A stretch of 64,000 bases of DNA from Macrostomum lignano (lineage: Eukaryota): NCBI GenBank assembly GCA_002269645.1, contig NIVC01000838.1, positions 124,001-188,000 on the forward strand, read 5' to 3'. The position numbers and the translations under genes are program-made. Positions within the stretch are counted from its first letter, which is position 1. Every line of letters begins with the position of its first letter. The notes beneath the pieces are model-generated. The model had not been told where the DNA came from, searched no databases, and was given only the letters and a program-made list of their open reading frames with translations. Shown one piece after another: positions 36,309-49,772 of the stretch.

Positions 36309-38557
36309 GGCTGGCTGGCTGACACTAGCAAGCTGCAAGGTGGATTGTCAGATTAAATATAAGCTTTCATCTCCTTAAATAAATATTGCCTGCGGTGCTT
36401 AAATAGTACTGTCAATTAAATTCTTGTTGGCTGGCTAAAATTGTTCTATGTAATCTGTAGTGCCTACTAGTTAGTAGTTTTAAAAGTCCATTGTGATGCC
36501 AATTGGCTACCAACACAATTCAGACAATATAAACATAGCTAACTGGTAAGTACTTAGTAATAGTAGTAATAGTAGTAATAGTAATAGTAATAGTAGAAGT
36601 ATTAGTTATTGTTGTTATTATTATGGTTGAACAACTATTTATTTTATTAGCAAGTAAATTAAGTAGCATTCATATAAAAACATTAAAAATAAAGAAACTT
36701 GCACTTTGCAATCATCAATTACAATGATAAAAGCAATTCATAAAGGGTATAATCTTACACTAGGCTATTGAATTAAATTACTTCTTTGAATGATAATATA
36801 AAATTTTTGTACTATTGTACCCTTGTATTTTTCTTGCATATACTATCTTGTCTCTCCTAGTCTCTCCAAAAATATAGACCCTAGCCTTATAGTTTTCCTT
36901 AAATAATTAAGTAATTTAATAATTATCCCAACTCTATCCTCACTATACAAAGTGACATAAGATTTATCAACAAATGAAAAAATATAATTTGTTGGACATT
37001 TTTTCAATTCTCCCTTAATGAGAATATATATTATCTCACTTTGTAATCTGCTTTGCAATTATAACTTTCTTATTTCTCTTTGTATATCCCTTAGATATAG
37101 GACAAAAGCTCTGACTAGGGACTATAATTCATACACATGCAACCTCCAAAATTTAGTCAGCCGTGCAACTTAGTTTTAACAAAAAATGTGATATAGTTTT
37201 TGGCCAAAAATGCAACTTACATGTAAAAGAAAACTTGGAGCAAAATTAATGCTACTTGGGTAAACAGCAGGAATAACTATAACTGTCTTACCTGGTATCA
37301 AGGCAAAATGCCTCATTATCTATTTAGTACTACTTGGGTATTTATTTGGGTGGGCATTTTTGTGATTTACCTTGGTTGGCTGCCAAATCAGTGAGCCAGA
37401 TTGGCCGACTCAGCTGACTGTTGCGCATGTATGCTATGATTGTACCTCCCTAATAGATTAGGCTATAGACAAGCACTTCTATAGATAAGTATATAACCAA
37501 ACTAGCAAATCTATTAAGAAATATGCAAAAATATGGGTTCAATATTTTTAATATATACAAATATCATTAGTTATAATATTACTCTTACATAAGTGGATAA
37601 TTGCATTATTAATGATGCAATATATAATTACTTATATGAGTAGTAGCAATGATAGAAAATATATATTGCTAAATACTAGCAAGGTTATAGATTATAATAT
37701 TGGCATAAACAAAGTGCAAAACAAATAGAATTGCTATTAATTTAATGTTTTCTTGCTTAAAATTTTATAAGGTTTATTTTATAAAATTTTAAACTTTAAA
37801 TAGGCCTAAACAAAACATTTTAGGCCCTCAATCTCTTCAAAAAACTTTTGCTTTTGGATAATTCTAATAGATATAAATATAGATAATAAGTTTTGTTTAT
37901 ATTATAAAAAAACTAAAATAGAATTATAAATTAGGATACTCTAAACAAAACTATTTTCTAAAAAGTTTTATAGCATTTAGCTAGGGCCTATACTTAATAT
38001 AGCTTATTATTAGCTTATTAAAGTCAAAGATTTAATTCAACAAAGGCGAAGCACAAAGTAATAGCCAATTTTTTGGTTTGAAAGAATACTAGGCCTTAGC
38101 CTATAAAAATTTGCAAAAAGAGAAAAGCAAATATATAGCTAGCTAGCAAAAATATAGCAAAAATATATTATTAATAAAATATAGACCTAGCCTATTTCTA
38201 CTTTCTTCTAGATCTTAACATTATACTTAGATTTATATCTATTTTCCTAGCATATATATAACTTTGGCCAATTAGTTTTTATTAATATCAAATTAAACCA
38301 ACATTAAAATATATTAGCTAATGATGTATACAACAAACTAGGGCCTAAGCAAATGGTATGATTTTGCAATTTTGCATAATGATTTACTTACCCCTTATTC
38401 TTGATCAGCAACCCTATTCTGCTTGTTGTCTAGTGTATAGCCACCCCACTTTAATTATGTACATTTTAAATTTCAAATCAATTAATTTTGTTTTAATATT
38501 GGTAGACCTAAAAGGCAAAAACTGATTAGCCAACAAAGTTATGTACATGTCAATTGT

Positions 38558-39163
38558 GGCATAGTTCTAGTTTACTTTGCAATATTATTTCATAGTTCTA
38601 CTTTACTTCGCGATATTATTTTTGTGTTTATTGCATTTACATAGCATATTCTACATCTGTACCCAAACCACAACCCTTTCAGCTTAATCTGCACAATGGC
38701 CGGCCACCAGTGTGGCCACTACAGCAACCAAAGAAATTATCGCAGGATAAGAAAAAAATTGCAGGAACAAATTTCTTAATTGTCATAGAAAAAAGGCACA
38801 TAGTGAACCACTGGCTGCACTTTGTCGACCCAAACAATCCAATGGTGCACATAAACCACATCGAGGGCACCTAGGCCCTTGCCAAGAGGCGCCTGCGCGC
38901 AATGCATGGTACAAGCGATGCACTCTTCGAGAGTTATCTCGAAGAGTATATCTGGTGCCGCTTGTACCTGAACAATGCATTTGGCACTGTGCTTTACTGG
39001 GCTTCTGTGTATTACCCTGTTTAAGTGACTCGACAACTTCAACTGACTAGTGACTGTTTTTCTGACTTGTGACACTTAAGCCGAACCTGGAAAGTGACAA
39101 AAATAGGGTGAAATAATTTAGTGAAAGGCAAAATAATATTGCGAAATAAACTAGAACTATGCC
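38558..39163 (+). mobile_element. Non-autonomous Merlin (IS1016/IS1595-related) DNA transposon, 606 bp
   Basis: Imperfect ~34-bp TIRs begin GGCATAGTTCTAGTTTA. A perfect 8-bp direct repeat TCAATTGT flanks both sides (38550-38557, 39164-39171). There is a subterminal copy of the TIR near 38591. The internal transposase C-terminal fragment reads VNHWLHFVDP..HINHIEGT*ALAKRRLRAMHGTSDALFESYLEEYIWCR, with TAG where Trp is expected. Confidence 0.85.
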
Positions 39164-40252
39164 TCAATTGTCATAGGCCTATTTAATTTAATTTAGAAAA
39201 ACTGCAACTTGCAAGCTATGACTTTAACTGAGTCCCAAGCATTATTTCAATAAGTGGCAAGTGGGCAGGGCAGGGGCCTATACTACTAGGGCCTAGGGAG
39301 GGCCCAGATAGGGTCCAGGGGAATGTAGATCCACCTAAACTAAACAGCAAAAAATTTTGAAGCCTATTTTTCTAGTATATTTCGTTTTTCCCAACCTAGG
39401 GTTGGCCTATCCCTTCCCCGACCCTCCATAGGGGTGGCCTATCTTATCCTCACCCCAAAGGAAATTTCTGGCTATGCGCTTGCAAAAATGGATCTATTGA
39501 CATATTGTATTGCTTAGGCCTACTAGTAATAGGCCTAGATAAAGCAAAGATTGTTGTTTTAGGCCTACCCTTGAAATTCCAAAGGGACAAAATGTTAAGA
39601 AATTAGATCCATACATAAACACTATTATGAATAATTATATAGGCCCCCACTTAAGGAACTGGATTAATTTATTACGCTTGTACTTCCCAGGAAATGCTAC
39701 AATGTACAAATAAAAGTCTGGTACAAGCTTGCAAATCTAGAAACACCGGGCTTACCTTAAATTATTACGGGTTGGACCATAAATTATAGCAAAACTTAAG
39801 GCATAATTTTCTATAATGGCATAAATACTTATAATACTGCACTAAATTGATAACTGTGTTCTTTTATTTTAATAAAAAAATCTGTCTTTATAGCTATGGA
39901 CATTTCTTACGCGTATATCCAATTTTAATTTGTGTTTTCACGTTAAAAATTATTTAAAATCAGCCCATCAAGCTAGCTAGCTAGCCTACCGATCAGTAGA
40001 CTAGAGCTATAGTGCTGGTAGCTGAAAGTATACGTTAGTATTTGCTTCGGCTACTAAAATTTATTCACTTAACTGTGCATTAAGACAACTGAAATACTCG
40101 AGAGCATAATGATCGATTTTTATCCATGTATTCAGATCTTTTGTACGAGTTTCAGCACACTCTGCTAAAAAGTTGTGTAATGAGGGCATGAATAATCGCT
40201 TTTTATTCGTATATTTTTCTGCAAGTTGACTTGAGGATATATAATACAAAAC

Positions 40253-42825
40253 ATGAGCACTCTCAGTAATGATGATGTGACGGCATTAATAGCCCATGTT
40301 CACTCAAAGTCAATTGAAAAGGCTTTGTTTCCATTTGTAAAACATGTAAGTAAAGACAAATATTTTAATTCGAAATCACCAATGTGTTTCTTTCACCAAA
40401 TTTAGGCATCTTATGGTAGATTGTCTTTTTACCTTATTGCAAAGTAGGAGTACATCCTCAATTGTATAGTGAGTGATACATGTAGATACAAGAGGAGTAA
40501 ATTACTAAAATAATCAAATGATTTTATAATTAAATGCTTATTGTTGCTTAGATCATTTAAAATAAAAAATAATCTGAGTTTTCTCTTAGCTTACTTTTTT
40601 TTAAATCACTTAGTTCTACAGATTGTTTACAAAATATCAAAAGTAGCTAGGAATTTATGCAAAATAAATTATATATCTTTTAGGAATATATAAAAAGTTG
40701 CAAAGGGTCTGAAGGTGACATATTAGCTTCTTTATTAAAAAATTGATATTTTGATTATGCTTGTTATATCTAAGGGACATTCATTAAAATATATAAGGTA
40801 GGTAAGTGCTGGTTTTTATCAGCTCAACGCAATTTAGCTTTCAAGCCTGTTTCAGTGTTAGGGTGGGTCAAATGATTTTCATTGTTTCTAGCTGGGGTTT
40901 TGACAGCCTACAAAAGCTGAACTTGCTATAGAATTTGCCCAACTCCCCGCCTTAGATTCAAAGCCTGCTTAGCAGCCGATGCGACCTGGGCAAAACTGAG
41001 CGAACAGCTCAATTAGTCAGCGAGATGGGCGTCCGAGTTGGCCAAGCTGTTGAGCAATTTGTCTCGGCTGGTCAGCTGGTGGCCGGCGAGAATCCGCAAT
41101 TGGCAGCCGAGCTGAGCGAAGCCTGCCACCTGGCTAGGCAGGCTGGCCAGGCCATTGTCCAGCAGACTCAGTACCAGATGGAGCCGGGCAGGGGGGTTGT
41201 CTACGCCTGCGATCGGCACAGCTTAGTGCAAGCGGCTAAGCGGCTGGTGCAGGCGGTCACCAGGGTACTGGTGCTGGGCGATCAGGCTACTGTGCTGCAG
41301 CTGCTGGCCGCTAAGGACAGGGTGACCGCCTGCCTAACTGAGCTGGCCAAGCGGAGTAGGTGAGCTTCTAAACTGTAGAGTAGCTGCGGTTGAGTTGGCT
41401 ACCGATATGTTGCAACAATTGATATAGAAAGTCATAATCAAGCGGAGAATATTGGGAATTCGAGATAAATGGGATATTGTGGATTAGAGAGAGAATTAGG
41501 GACTGGATCCCAGCGAAAGGGGATCAGAGAACGTGAATGAGAGAATAGGAATCAGAGAACGTGAATGAGAGAATGGGGATCAGAGAGAGGGAACTTTGAA
41601 AATTTTTATCTGAGAGAGAATTGAGAGTAAGGATCATAAAGAGGGGATAGGATAAGAGATCCGACAGAGAGAATGGGAGACTATGAATCTGAGAGTGGGT
41701 AGAGAATGAGGATCTCATGACTGGATAGCGATCCCACACCCCGTCCGTCCCGCAGTTTCGCTGAGTTCATGTCTCAATTCGCGGAGCTCGGCCAGCACAT
41801 GGTGCAGCTCGGACAGCTGTCCGGGGAGCGGCAGGCGGACGTCAAATGTGAAATCGCCCGCTGCAAGCTGGCTCACATGCGCTCGGCCTTGGAGAAGGCG
41901 GTCGGGCTACAGCTGACAGCCTCCAAGCTGTACCTGCGGCATCCCGACAACACCTGCGCTCAGCGTCTGCGCGCCGACGTCCTTGCTCACATGCGGCTGA
42001 GCTTGGACAGTCTGGCCGATGTGGTGGCAAGGTGGGGCTCGCGCTAACCTTTGTCTTTTAAAAGGATCTGTGAGAGGTTTCAGCGGCGGCGCACACTGAG
42101 AACTCGGGGACTCAGAAGGGGGGGTTGGGCACCACGCGGCACACTGAAGACTCAGGGAGGGTGGCAGCAAGCGGCACATTGAAGATTCAGGGACTCACGG
42201 AGGGTGGCGTCAGGCAGAACACTGAAGACTCAAGGACTCAGGGAGGGTGGCGGCAGGCGGCAGGCTGAAGACTCCAGGGTGGCAGCAGGCGGCACACTGA
42301 AGACTCAGGGAGGATGGCAGCAGGCGGCACACTGAAGACTCATGGAGGGTGGCAGCAGGCGGCACACTGAAGACTCAGTAGTTCAACTCTCACCTTCCCG
42401 CCAGACGCCAGCAGGAGCGGCAGTCCCGCAGCAGTCCCCGCCTGCCCGATCACCAAATTCTCGGACAGCTGGCCAGCGAACGCGGTCTGATCGGCCACTC
42501 GGTGCAGGTGGCACAGGCGCTGGACTGGCATGGCTTCGAGCTGGCGTGGGAGCGCTGCCTGACCGTCTGCCTGCTGATCTCGCAGTTGCACTCCTGCCCG
42601 CCGTGCTGGTGGGCTGCCGCGGACTGGCTGGAGTACTACGTGCAAACCCTCGGCAACATGCTGCTGACCTCGATGCGCGCTCTGGAGGTGCTGACCCCGG
42701 CGTCGAAAGTGGCGCAGGAGAATCTTGACGCATTCCTGGACACTTGGAGATGCGTTGTGACTAACGAGCTGGGACACCTGCTGCTGACTGTGTTGGACCA
42801 GGCGTCTACTCTAGGTAGACGGCAG
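40253..42825 (+). CDS. CTNNAL1: Alpha-catulin (vinculin/alpha-catenin family), 5' part; exons 40253-40345, 40956-41359, 41756-42031, 42405-42825; downstream exons unresolved
   Basis: Motifs HSKSIEKALFPFVKH|IQSLL, RVGQAVEQFV, ENPQLAAELSEAC..ARQAG, AAKRLVQAVTRVLVLGD, SFAEF, LSGERQADVK, LEKAVGLQLTASKLYLRHPD and PASKVAQENLDAF. GT-AG introns with phases 0, 2, 2 join in frame. Confidence 0.82.
42085..42378. repeat. ~35-bp minisatellite in alpha-catulin intron 3
   Basis: GGAGGGTGGCAGCAGGCGGCACACTGAAGACTCAG-like units. Confidence 0.85.
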
Positions 42826-45137
42826 GTGAGCTGCTTAGCTAACTAATCAGCGCCCCCCCCCGTTGGGGAGCCAACAATGAATGGAATACAGCACTCATAC
42901 ACACGCTCACTCAGGGTGTACAGCGCCACATAAGCCCCAACCCCTCCCTCCCGATCCCGGGACTATCAATCCAGATATTTCTATTTACAAACGTTTATCA
43001 CTGCCAGTTTAGAGTTGAAGCCTGTTGATGCAGTGAGAGACTGGCTGGATGGCGGATGCTGAGGCTGGGACTGACAGGCCACTGAGGGATATTGCATGTG
43101 ACCCGGGGTTGCATGCCCTCCCACCCTGAACAAGACACAATGACAGACATTGTAGCCAGTATTATGAATTTTGCTTTTCGTAACGTCAGCGTACGCTCGT
43201 AGCGTCGAAAGACTTTTTGGCCAAATAATTATCACCAGTTCTGTCGATATTGGAAATTCAGCCAATGCTCTCAGCCACAGATTTCAATGGGAATCTTTAG
43301 GATTACCAGCTAATCCGGCATTTCTATCTAGCCACTTCATCCTTAAGATTATCTATCTGCTAGTCTGGCTTGCGGCTAAGGGTTAGTAGGTAAAGAATAG
43401 CAACTGAGATTCATTAATTTGCTAATGATTTCATGAAAGTAGAAACTCCGCCCAATTCCTGCACTTATTATATTAAGTCAGAATGTTCCAGTGGGCCGGG
43501 GTTCGACTCCCAGGCATGGCACGGTGAGGAGGCGACTTAACATGCTCTTCGCGAGTACGACTTACGGGAAAAAAGGCACAAAGGCAACTAAGCCGCCGCG
43601 AGGAAGGGAAAGTGGATTGAATCAATAATAGACGACAAAATCATAACGGTTAATTTTTTATGCAATATGCAGTTAGAATCGCGATGCCTAATAACGCGTG
43701 TGGGATCTCTGCCTGCGGGGCATCCCGAGGATGAGGCGGCGCAGCAAGTCCTGGGGCTTTCGTGTCATTGCGTTTTCAATGGCATGACGCAGCTCCGCAA
43801 CATTCTGTGATGGATTCTCTTTTCGAATGCTGCGTTTTAGGAAGTCCCCGACATGCTCGATGGGGTATAAAATTTCGTCTTATTGCTTTATTGATTTTTG
43901 CAAAGCTTTGTAAAGATTGTACATACGTTTTTAGTTAGAGGCAGGGGCTGTGTGCACCCTAGAGCACTTTAAGCGACATTGTCACACAACCGGTGAGATG
44001 CATTACTGCCCATTCTGCCGACTCCCCTGAGCAGGCACACAAGCGCGCGGATAGGTACGCAGTTACACAGGAGTGCACAGCGGCCCGTAACTTTATTTAT
44101 CATTATTAGGCATGTACACTTCACTGTGCCTTGGGGGGTTTGGCTCTCAAGGCCGTTAATTGCACGAGCAGAGCCAAGCCGAAACTCCAATTTAGCTCCA
44201 AATTAATGTGACTGCACTGGGAATCGAGCCTGGGCCGCTGGTACATCAGAGCGCCGCGCTGGACCACAACAGATGCGGCACTCCGGAGGGGGTGGGGCGG
44301 GGACGGAGGGCCTTCGCCGTGCTCGATCTTTTCTCCCAGTCCCGCTCGCTCTCTAAGCCGAGATCCGGCAGCTCTCCTCATCCTACCATAGCGCCCCGCT
44401 CCCTCTTTTTCTCTCATCTATCAGATTTCTCCGCCGCCTCGTGCGAGCGAGTGTGAATCTGTGCGGTCGGCCTTGATGATGCACCAACCCTCCTGCAGTC
44501 TCCCTCATCCTCCCCCATTCCAGCTGCTCGACCGGAGCAATATCGATTTTCTTCTCAGTGCCCTCTCCTTTCTCTCCTCTTCCTTCTTCTCGTAGTGCTC
44601 TGCAGACTCTACTGGCAGCAGCAGCAGCAGCTTAGATGCCATCAGGCGGCGGGTATTTAGCGCCGGGAAGCTGGCCGAGCCGATGATGAAGCTCGACTGC
44701 CACAATGTTGGATTCTTTTGTCTCCCGATGCAGTCAATCCTAGCTATTAGTTATTTGCATTCAACCTGCCCCAACCGCCTTCCCCTAAGATTTCCGGGCT
44801 TCTAGAAACGGACACGCAGGCAGATGAAGCTAATTTCCCCCTTCTACACCGGCCTGTCAATCAGTAGGTGGGGAAGCTGGGAGAGAAACACTGCGGGAGT
44901 GCAGCTACCTACTCTCCATGCTGGCTGTGCAAAGTGGCTGGGATCGACTATTTAGGAAATGGGGAGGAAAGGGGAGAAGGAGTGGAAGAGAGACGGCTTG
45001 GCAGAGAAGTTGGGTAGAGAGGGCGAGACGGACAGGCTGAGAGACTGATAGACGTAGACTGATTTTCGTGGACTAATTAATGGATTGATTGATTGGCCAA
45101 TTGGTTGAGTAATAGAGTATACTGAGATTGATTGACG

Positions 45138-45164
45138 CTAAGACAGACAGACAGACAGACAGAC

Positions 45165-45209
<45 letters not shown>

Positions 45210-45212
45210 GGC

Positions 45213-45265
<53 letters not shown>

Positions 45266-45309
45266 GGCAAACAGGCAGGCAGACAGACAGACAGACAGAT
45301 GGACAGACT

Positions 45310-45354
<45 letters not shown>

Positions 45355-45392
45355 ATAGACAGACTGACAGACAGACAGACAGGCAGGCAGGC

Positions 45393-45453
<61 letters not shown>

Positions 45454-45455
45454 GG

Positions 45456-45502
<47 letters not shown>

Positions 45503-45513
45503 ATGGACAGACT

Positions 45514-45558
<45 letters not shown>

Positions 45559-45596
45559 ATAGACAGACAGACAGACAGACAGACAGGCAGGCAGGC

Positions 45597-45653
<57 letters not shown>

Positions 45654-45672
45654 GGCAAACAGGCAGGCAGGC
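45138..45672. repeat. (CAGA)n microsatellite
   Basis: Seen directly. Confidence 0.97.
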
Positions 45673-46229
45673 AATAGGAAGGAGCAAACGGGCAATAAAA
45701 CGCCAGCACTGCAGGAAAAGATCAGCTGCAAACGGTTTATCCTTAATTTTATTGATTCTTTCAAATTTGCATTTTTTCGCATTGCCGCAGACTGTCAGTC
45801 TAAGAAAAATTGGCTTAGTTTAAAGCAATAACAATAAATAGATTTGGTCCGGTGCAGTTTCACTGCGGGCCTCTGCCTACCCAGCTGCAGTTGCGGGCGC
45901 TAAACTGTTTTGCCCGGCTCGTCTCCCTTATCTCTGTCCGCAGTCATCGGCTGAGGGCTGGCATGGGTGGCATGGTGCAGCGAAAATTTCTGCCTGGTGA
46001 ATCGATTTTTTGTGTCGTTTTATTTGGGATTTGTCTGCATGATGCAGCTGTGTGGGGCCGGTCAATGTGCCTGTGACATCGCTTGCTGTTTATGAAGGTT
46101 TTTTACGAGCGCAGAGTCGTTTAGACTGATACGTGTGAGATTTCAAGGTTGATTGTCACTCTCTGGTTGTCGGAATTCAAAGTCATTTTCACTCTCTGAA
46201 AGTCTGAATTTTAGGGTCATTGTCACTCC

Positions 46230-47490
46230 TTGAAGAGTGGAAGTTCAGAGTCATTGTCACTCTCTAGAATTTGGAAGTTCAGTCATCGTCACTCTCTAAA
46301 AGTCGGAATTTCAGAGCCATTGTCACTCCCTGAAAGTGGAAGTTCAGAGCCATTGTCACTCCCTGAAAGTGGAAGTTCAGAGTCATTGTCACTCCCTGAA
46401 AAGTGGAAGTTCAGAGCCATTGTCACTCCCTGAAAGTGGAAGTTCAGAGTCATTGTCACTCCCTGAAAAGTGGAAGTTCAGAGTCATTGTCACTCCCTGA
46501 AAAGTGGAAGTTCAGAGTCATTGTCACTCCCTGAAAAGTGGAAGTTCAGAGTCATTGTCACTCCCTGAAAGTGGAAGTTCAGAGTCATTGTCACTCCCTG
46601 AAAAGTGGAAGTTCAGAGTCATTGTCACTCCCTGAAAAGTGGAAGTTCAGAGCCATTGTCACTCCCTGAAAAGTGGAAGTTCAGAGTCATTGTCACTCCC
46701 TGAAAAGTGGAAGTTCAGAGCCATTGTCACTCCCTGAAAAGTGGAAGTTCAGAGTCATTGTCACTCCCTGAAAAGTGGAAGTTCAGAGTCATTGTCACTC
46801 CCTGAAAAGTGGAAGTTCAGAGTCATTGTCACTCCCTGAAAAGTGGAAGTTCAGAGTCATTGTCACTCCCTGAAAGTGGAAGTTCAGAGTCATTGTCACT
46901 CCCTGAAAAGTGGAAGTTCAGAGTCATTGTCACTCCCTGAAAAGTGGAAGTTCAGAGCCATTGTCACTCCCTGAAAAGTGGAAGTTCAGAGTCATTGTCA
47001 CTCCCTGAAAAGTGGAAGTTCAGAGCCATTGTCACTCCCTGAAAAGTGGAAGTTCAGAGTCATTGTCACTCCCTGAAAAGTGGAAGTTCAGAGTCATTGT
47101 CACTCCCTGAAAAGTGGAAGTTCAGAGTCATTGTCACTCTCTGAAAAGTGGAAGTTCAGAGCCATTGTCACTCTCTGAAAAGTGGAAGTTCAGAGCCATT
47201 GTCACTCCCTGAAAGTGGAAGTTCAGAGCCATTGTCACTCCCTGAAAAGTGGAAGTTCAGAGCCATTGTCACTCCCTGAAAGTGGAAGTTCAGAGTCATT
47301 GTCACTCCCTGAAAAGTGGAAGTTCAGAGTCATTGTCACTCTCTGAAAAGTGGAAGTTCAGAGCCATTGTCACTCTCTGAAAAGTGGAAGTTCAGAGCCA
47401 TTGTCACTCCCTGAAAAGTGGAAGTTCAGAGCCATTGTCACTCCCTGAAAAGTGGAAGTTCAGAGCCATTGTCACTCCCTGAAAAATGGA
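46230..47490. repeat. 33/34-bp minisatellite (TCATTGTCACTCCCTGAAAAGTGGAAGTTCAGAG)n
   Basis: Unit starts at 46450 and 46484; about 36 copies. Confidence 0.95.
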
Positions 47491-49552
47491 AGTTCAAAGG
47501 CATCGTTACTCCCTTCAGAGTGATAACTCAGAGATTTGTCTGTCTGTCTGTCTTAGCTGTTGCTCAAATTTGCTATTAGGCTGTATGAATAAAGTTGCTA
47601 ATGAGCTCTGCGGGTACTCGTATTCTCTTTAATTGCTACTATTGAAGTAAAAGAAGCCGCACAATGAGACGCAGTAGATGCTGCTCAGGTGTGTCTCTAA
47701 TTTACTCGCAGCAGACTCGGTAGAGCTACTCAACTCATTTGTCGGATCGCAGTTTGACAAGCGTGGGAACTTTTCTCCGCGCCTCTGCAATGTAATTGAT
47801 GATTAGAAGAGAGTAAGAGGCTGGACAGCCGTCGACTCTTTCTAAGAAAAACGATTAGTCTCGCTGTAAACCCGTGTTTCTGCTCAGTAAATAACTAGTG
47901 CGGACTGTTTGTCGTTTGGTTTGTGCCGCGTCTCCATGCGTGCGCTCCTCAGTGTGCGTGTTTTGATGCCGGCTCTTACTTATTTTCACTTTACGAGCTC
48001 GGAGCTGCTCAAATATTATGCGCGATCGAGAGAAATTGGATAGCAGCGAGGAGAGAAAGAACGAGGCCAAGGACTTTTGGATAGCTAGACTAGTATATGC
48101 ATTCCGAATTCAAAAAATTCACGCAAAACGACAACGAGTACTCTGTGATAGTCTGTGATAATTTTGTGATCTATGGAGAAATTATTGTTGAAGAGTTCGG
48201 CTGTTATAATCCGTTTGCTTGCTCTAGTCCAGGTCTTTTCATCCAGAGAACCCTGGAGAGTTTCCAGCCCCCCATTAGCTCGTGTTGACAGGTAAGATAA
48301 ATGAGATCCTCGCTTGCTTGAGCTGAGAAATTCGCGTGTCGAGAGCTCACTACTCTTCGTTTCCCTTAGTAACGCGGAGAGAAAAGTAAAGTTTCACTAA
48401 ATATTGTAGAGCAGGACTAACGCCTCGGAGTCGGGGAGCTTTAGTCAGGGGCGCTGTACACCCAGTGTGAGCATGGAGTTTGGGTCCCCCTTTGCGAACT
48501 ACTTGTAACTACCGAGCGTAATATCCAAGATCTCAGGCACTTGACTTGTGTCTTCGTCCACTCCTCCTTCAGTACCAGTCCGTAGGACATTTAGAATCCT
48601 TATATATATTATATCAAGTATTTTTAATAGGAACTGCCACTTTGGTAACTTTGCTCTGTTGACACAGTTAGCGGTAAGCCGAAGGCTACGCTATAACATA
48701 CGGCATCCCGCGATTTTCATCCAGCTCTTTTCTCCTCCTGTCCGCTCCTCTCTCGCTCACCGGGACTGTTGGATGAGGAGCTCCTGCAGTTTTTAATTAT
48801 TCAACAGCTGAGGCCCCCGCCTCTCCTACATGTAAACTGTGTTTTGTCACCCCCTGTGCTCCGTTTAATCCGCTCAATGCGAGTCCAAGTCTGATATTAG
48901 TTTGTTATAACTAATTCTGCGCTTCCAGTTAGGCATTGGTGATCTTTTATCGAAAATGCAGTATTTGTTGCGGTTTTATCAGCTTAACAACCAACATTCG
49001 GCATTATAATTTATGCGAGAGAGAGAGAGAGAGAGAGAGAGATCTTTAGGAAGCAATCTGCTAGATGCACTTTTATCGCCTCCTACCAGCTTCCAAAGTC
49101 TGCATGGCTGCTCTTCATCTTGGCCATCTCCTGCCTAACCCTACTCAGACAGCGGCGGATCCGGGGTCCCTGGTAGCCGTCCTGAATCCCCAGCGGACTC
49201 CGATAGGGGGGGGGGGCAGGCTCGTCGGTAAGGTGGCTGGTATCTATCCGCCATCCCCTCACCAATTCAATCTTGCCGATTCGCTCTCTCTTCTGAGAAG
49301 CCGCGTTCAACTTCCCTGCCGACCCGATTCCGGATCCCCTCCTTGCCGATCCCTCCTGGCAATCCGCTTTGAGCTCAGCCGAAAATTTGCCTGATTAATT
49401 CGTCCGTGGCCCGTTCACAACACAGGGCATTATAGCTGCGTCTGCTGGCCTCGTGTGTTATTTCTCCATGTGCACTGTGTTGAAGCTGAGTTTGCTTAAA
49501 ATGGGACTTCTGGGACTCGCATTTGGACTCAGAAATCCTCATGACACCCTCC

Positions 49553-49735
49553 GTTAGCTTACTGAGGTATCCTAGTGACGCCCACCCCACCTCCTCGTTA
49601 GCTTACTGAGGTATCCTAGTGACGCCCACCCCACCTCCTTGTTAGCTTACTGAGGTATCCTCATGACGCCCACCCCACCTCTTTGTTAGCTTATTGAGGT
49701 ATCCTAGTGACGCCCACCCCACCTCCTCGTTAGCT
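49553..49735. repeat. 44-bp tandem repeat, about 4 copies
   Basis: GTTAGCTTACTGAGGTATCCTAGTGACGCCCACCCCACCTCCTC at 49553, 49597 ... Confidence 0.9.
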
Positions 49736-49772
49736 CACTGCCCTATAACTACTTACAACCACTAATTGACAG

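Noticed and set aside
36840-38200. Possible decayed transposase reading frames in the AT-rich block
   Set aside because: Only short stop-riddled fragments; I could not assign a family motif with confidence.
43485-43520. tRNA-like GGGGTTCGACTCCC (B-box/T-arm)
   Set aside because: No A-box/D-arm, anticodon arm or acceptor stem can be built. At most a SINE or tRNA fragment.
31005-45782. RQTD/LSVC ORFs at 31.0-31.7, 32.2-32.6 and 45.1-45.8 kb
   Set aside because: Translations of (CAGA)n microsatellites.
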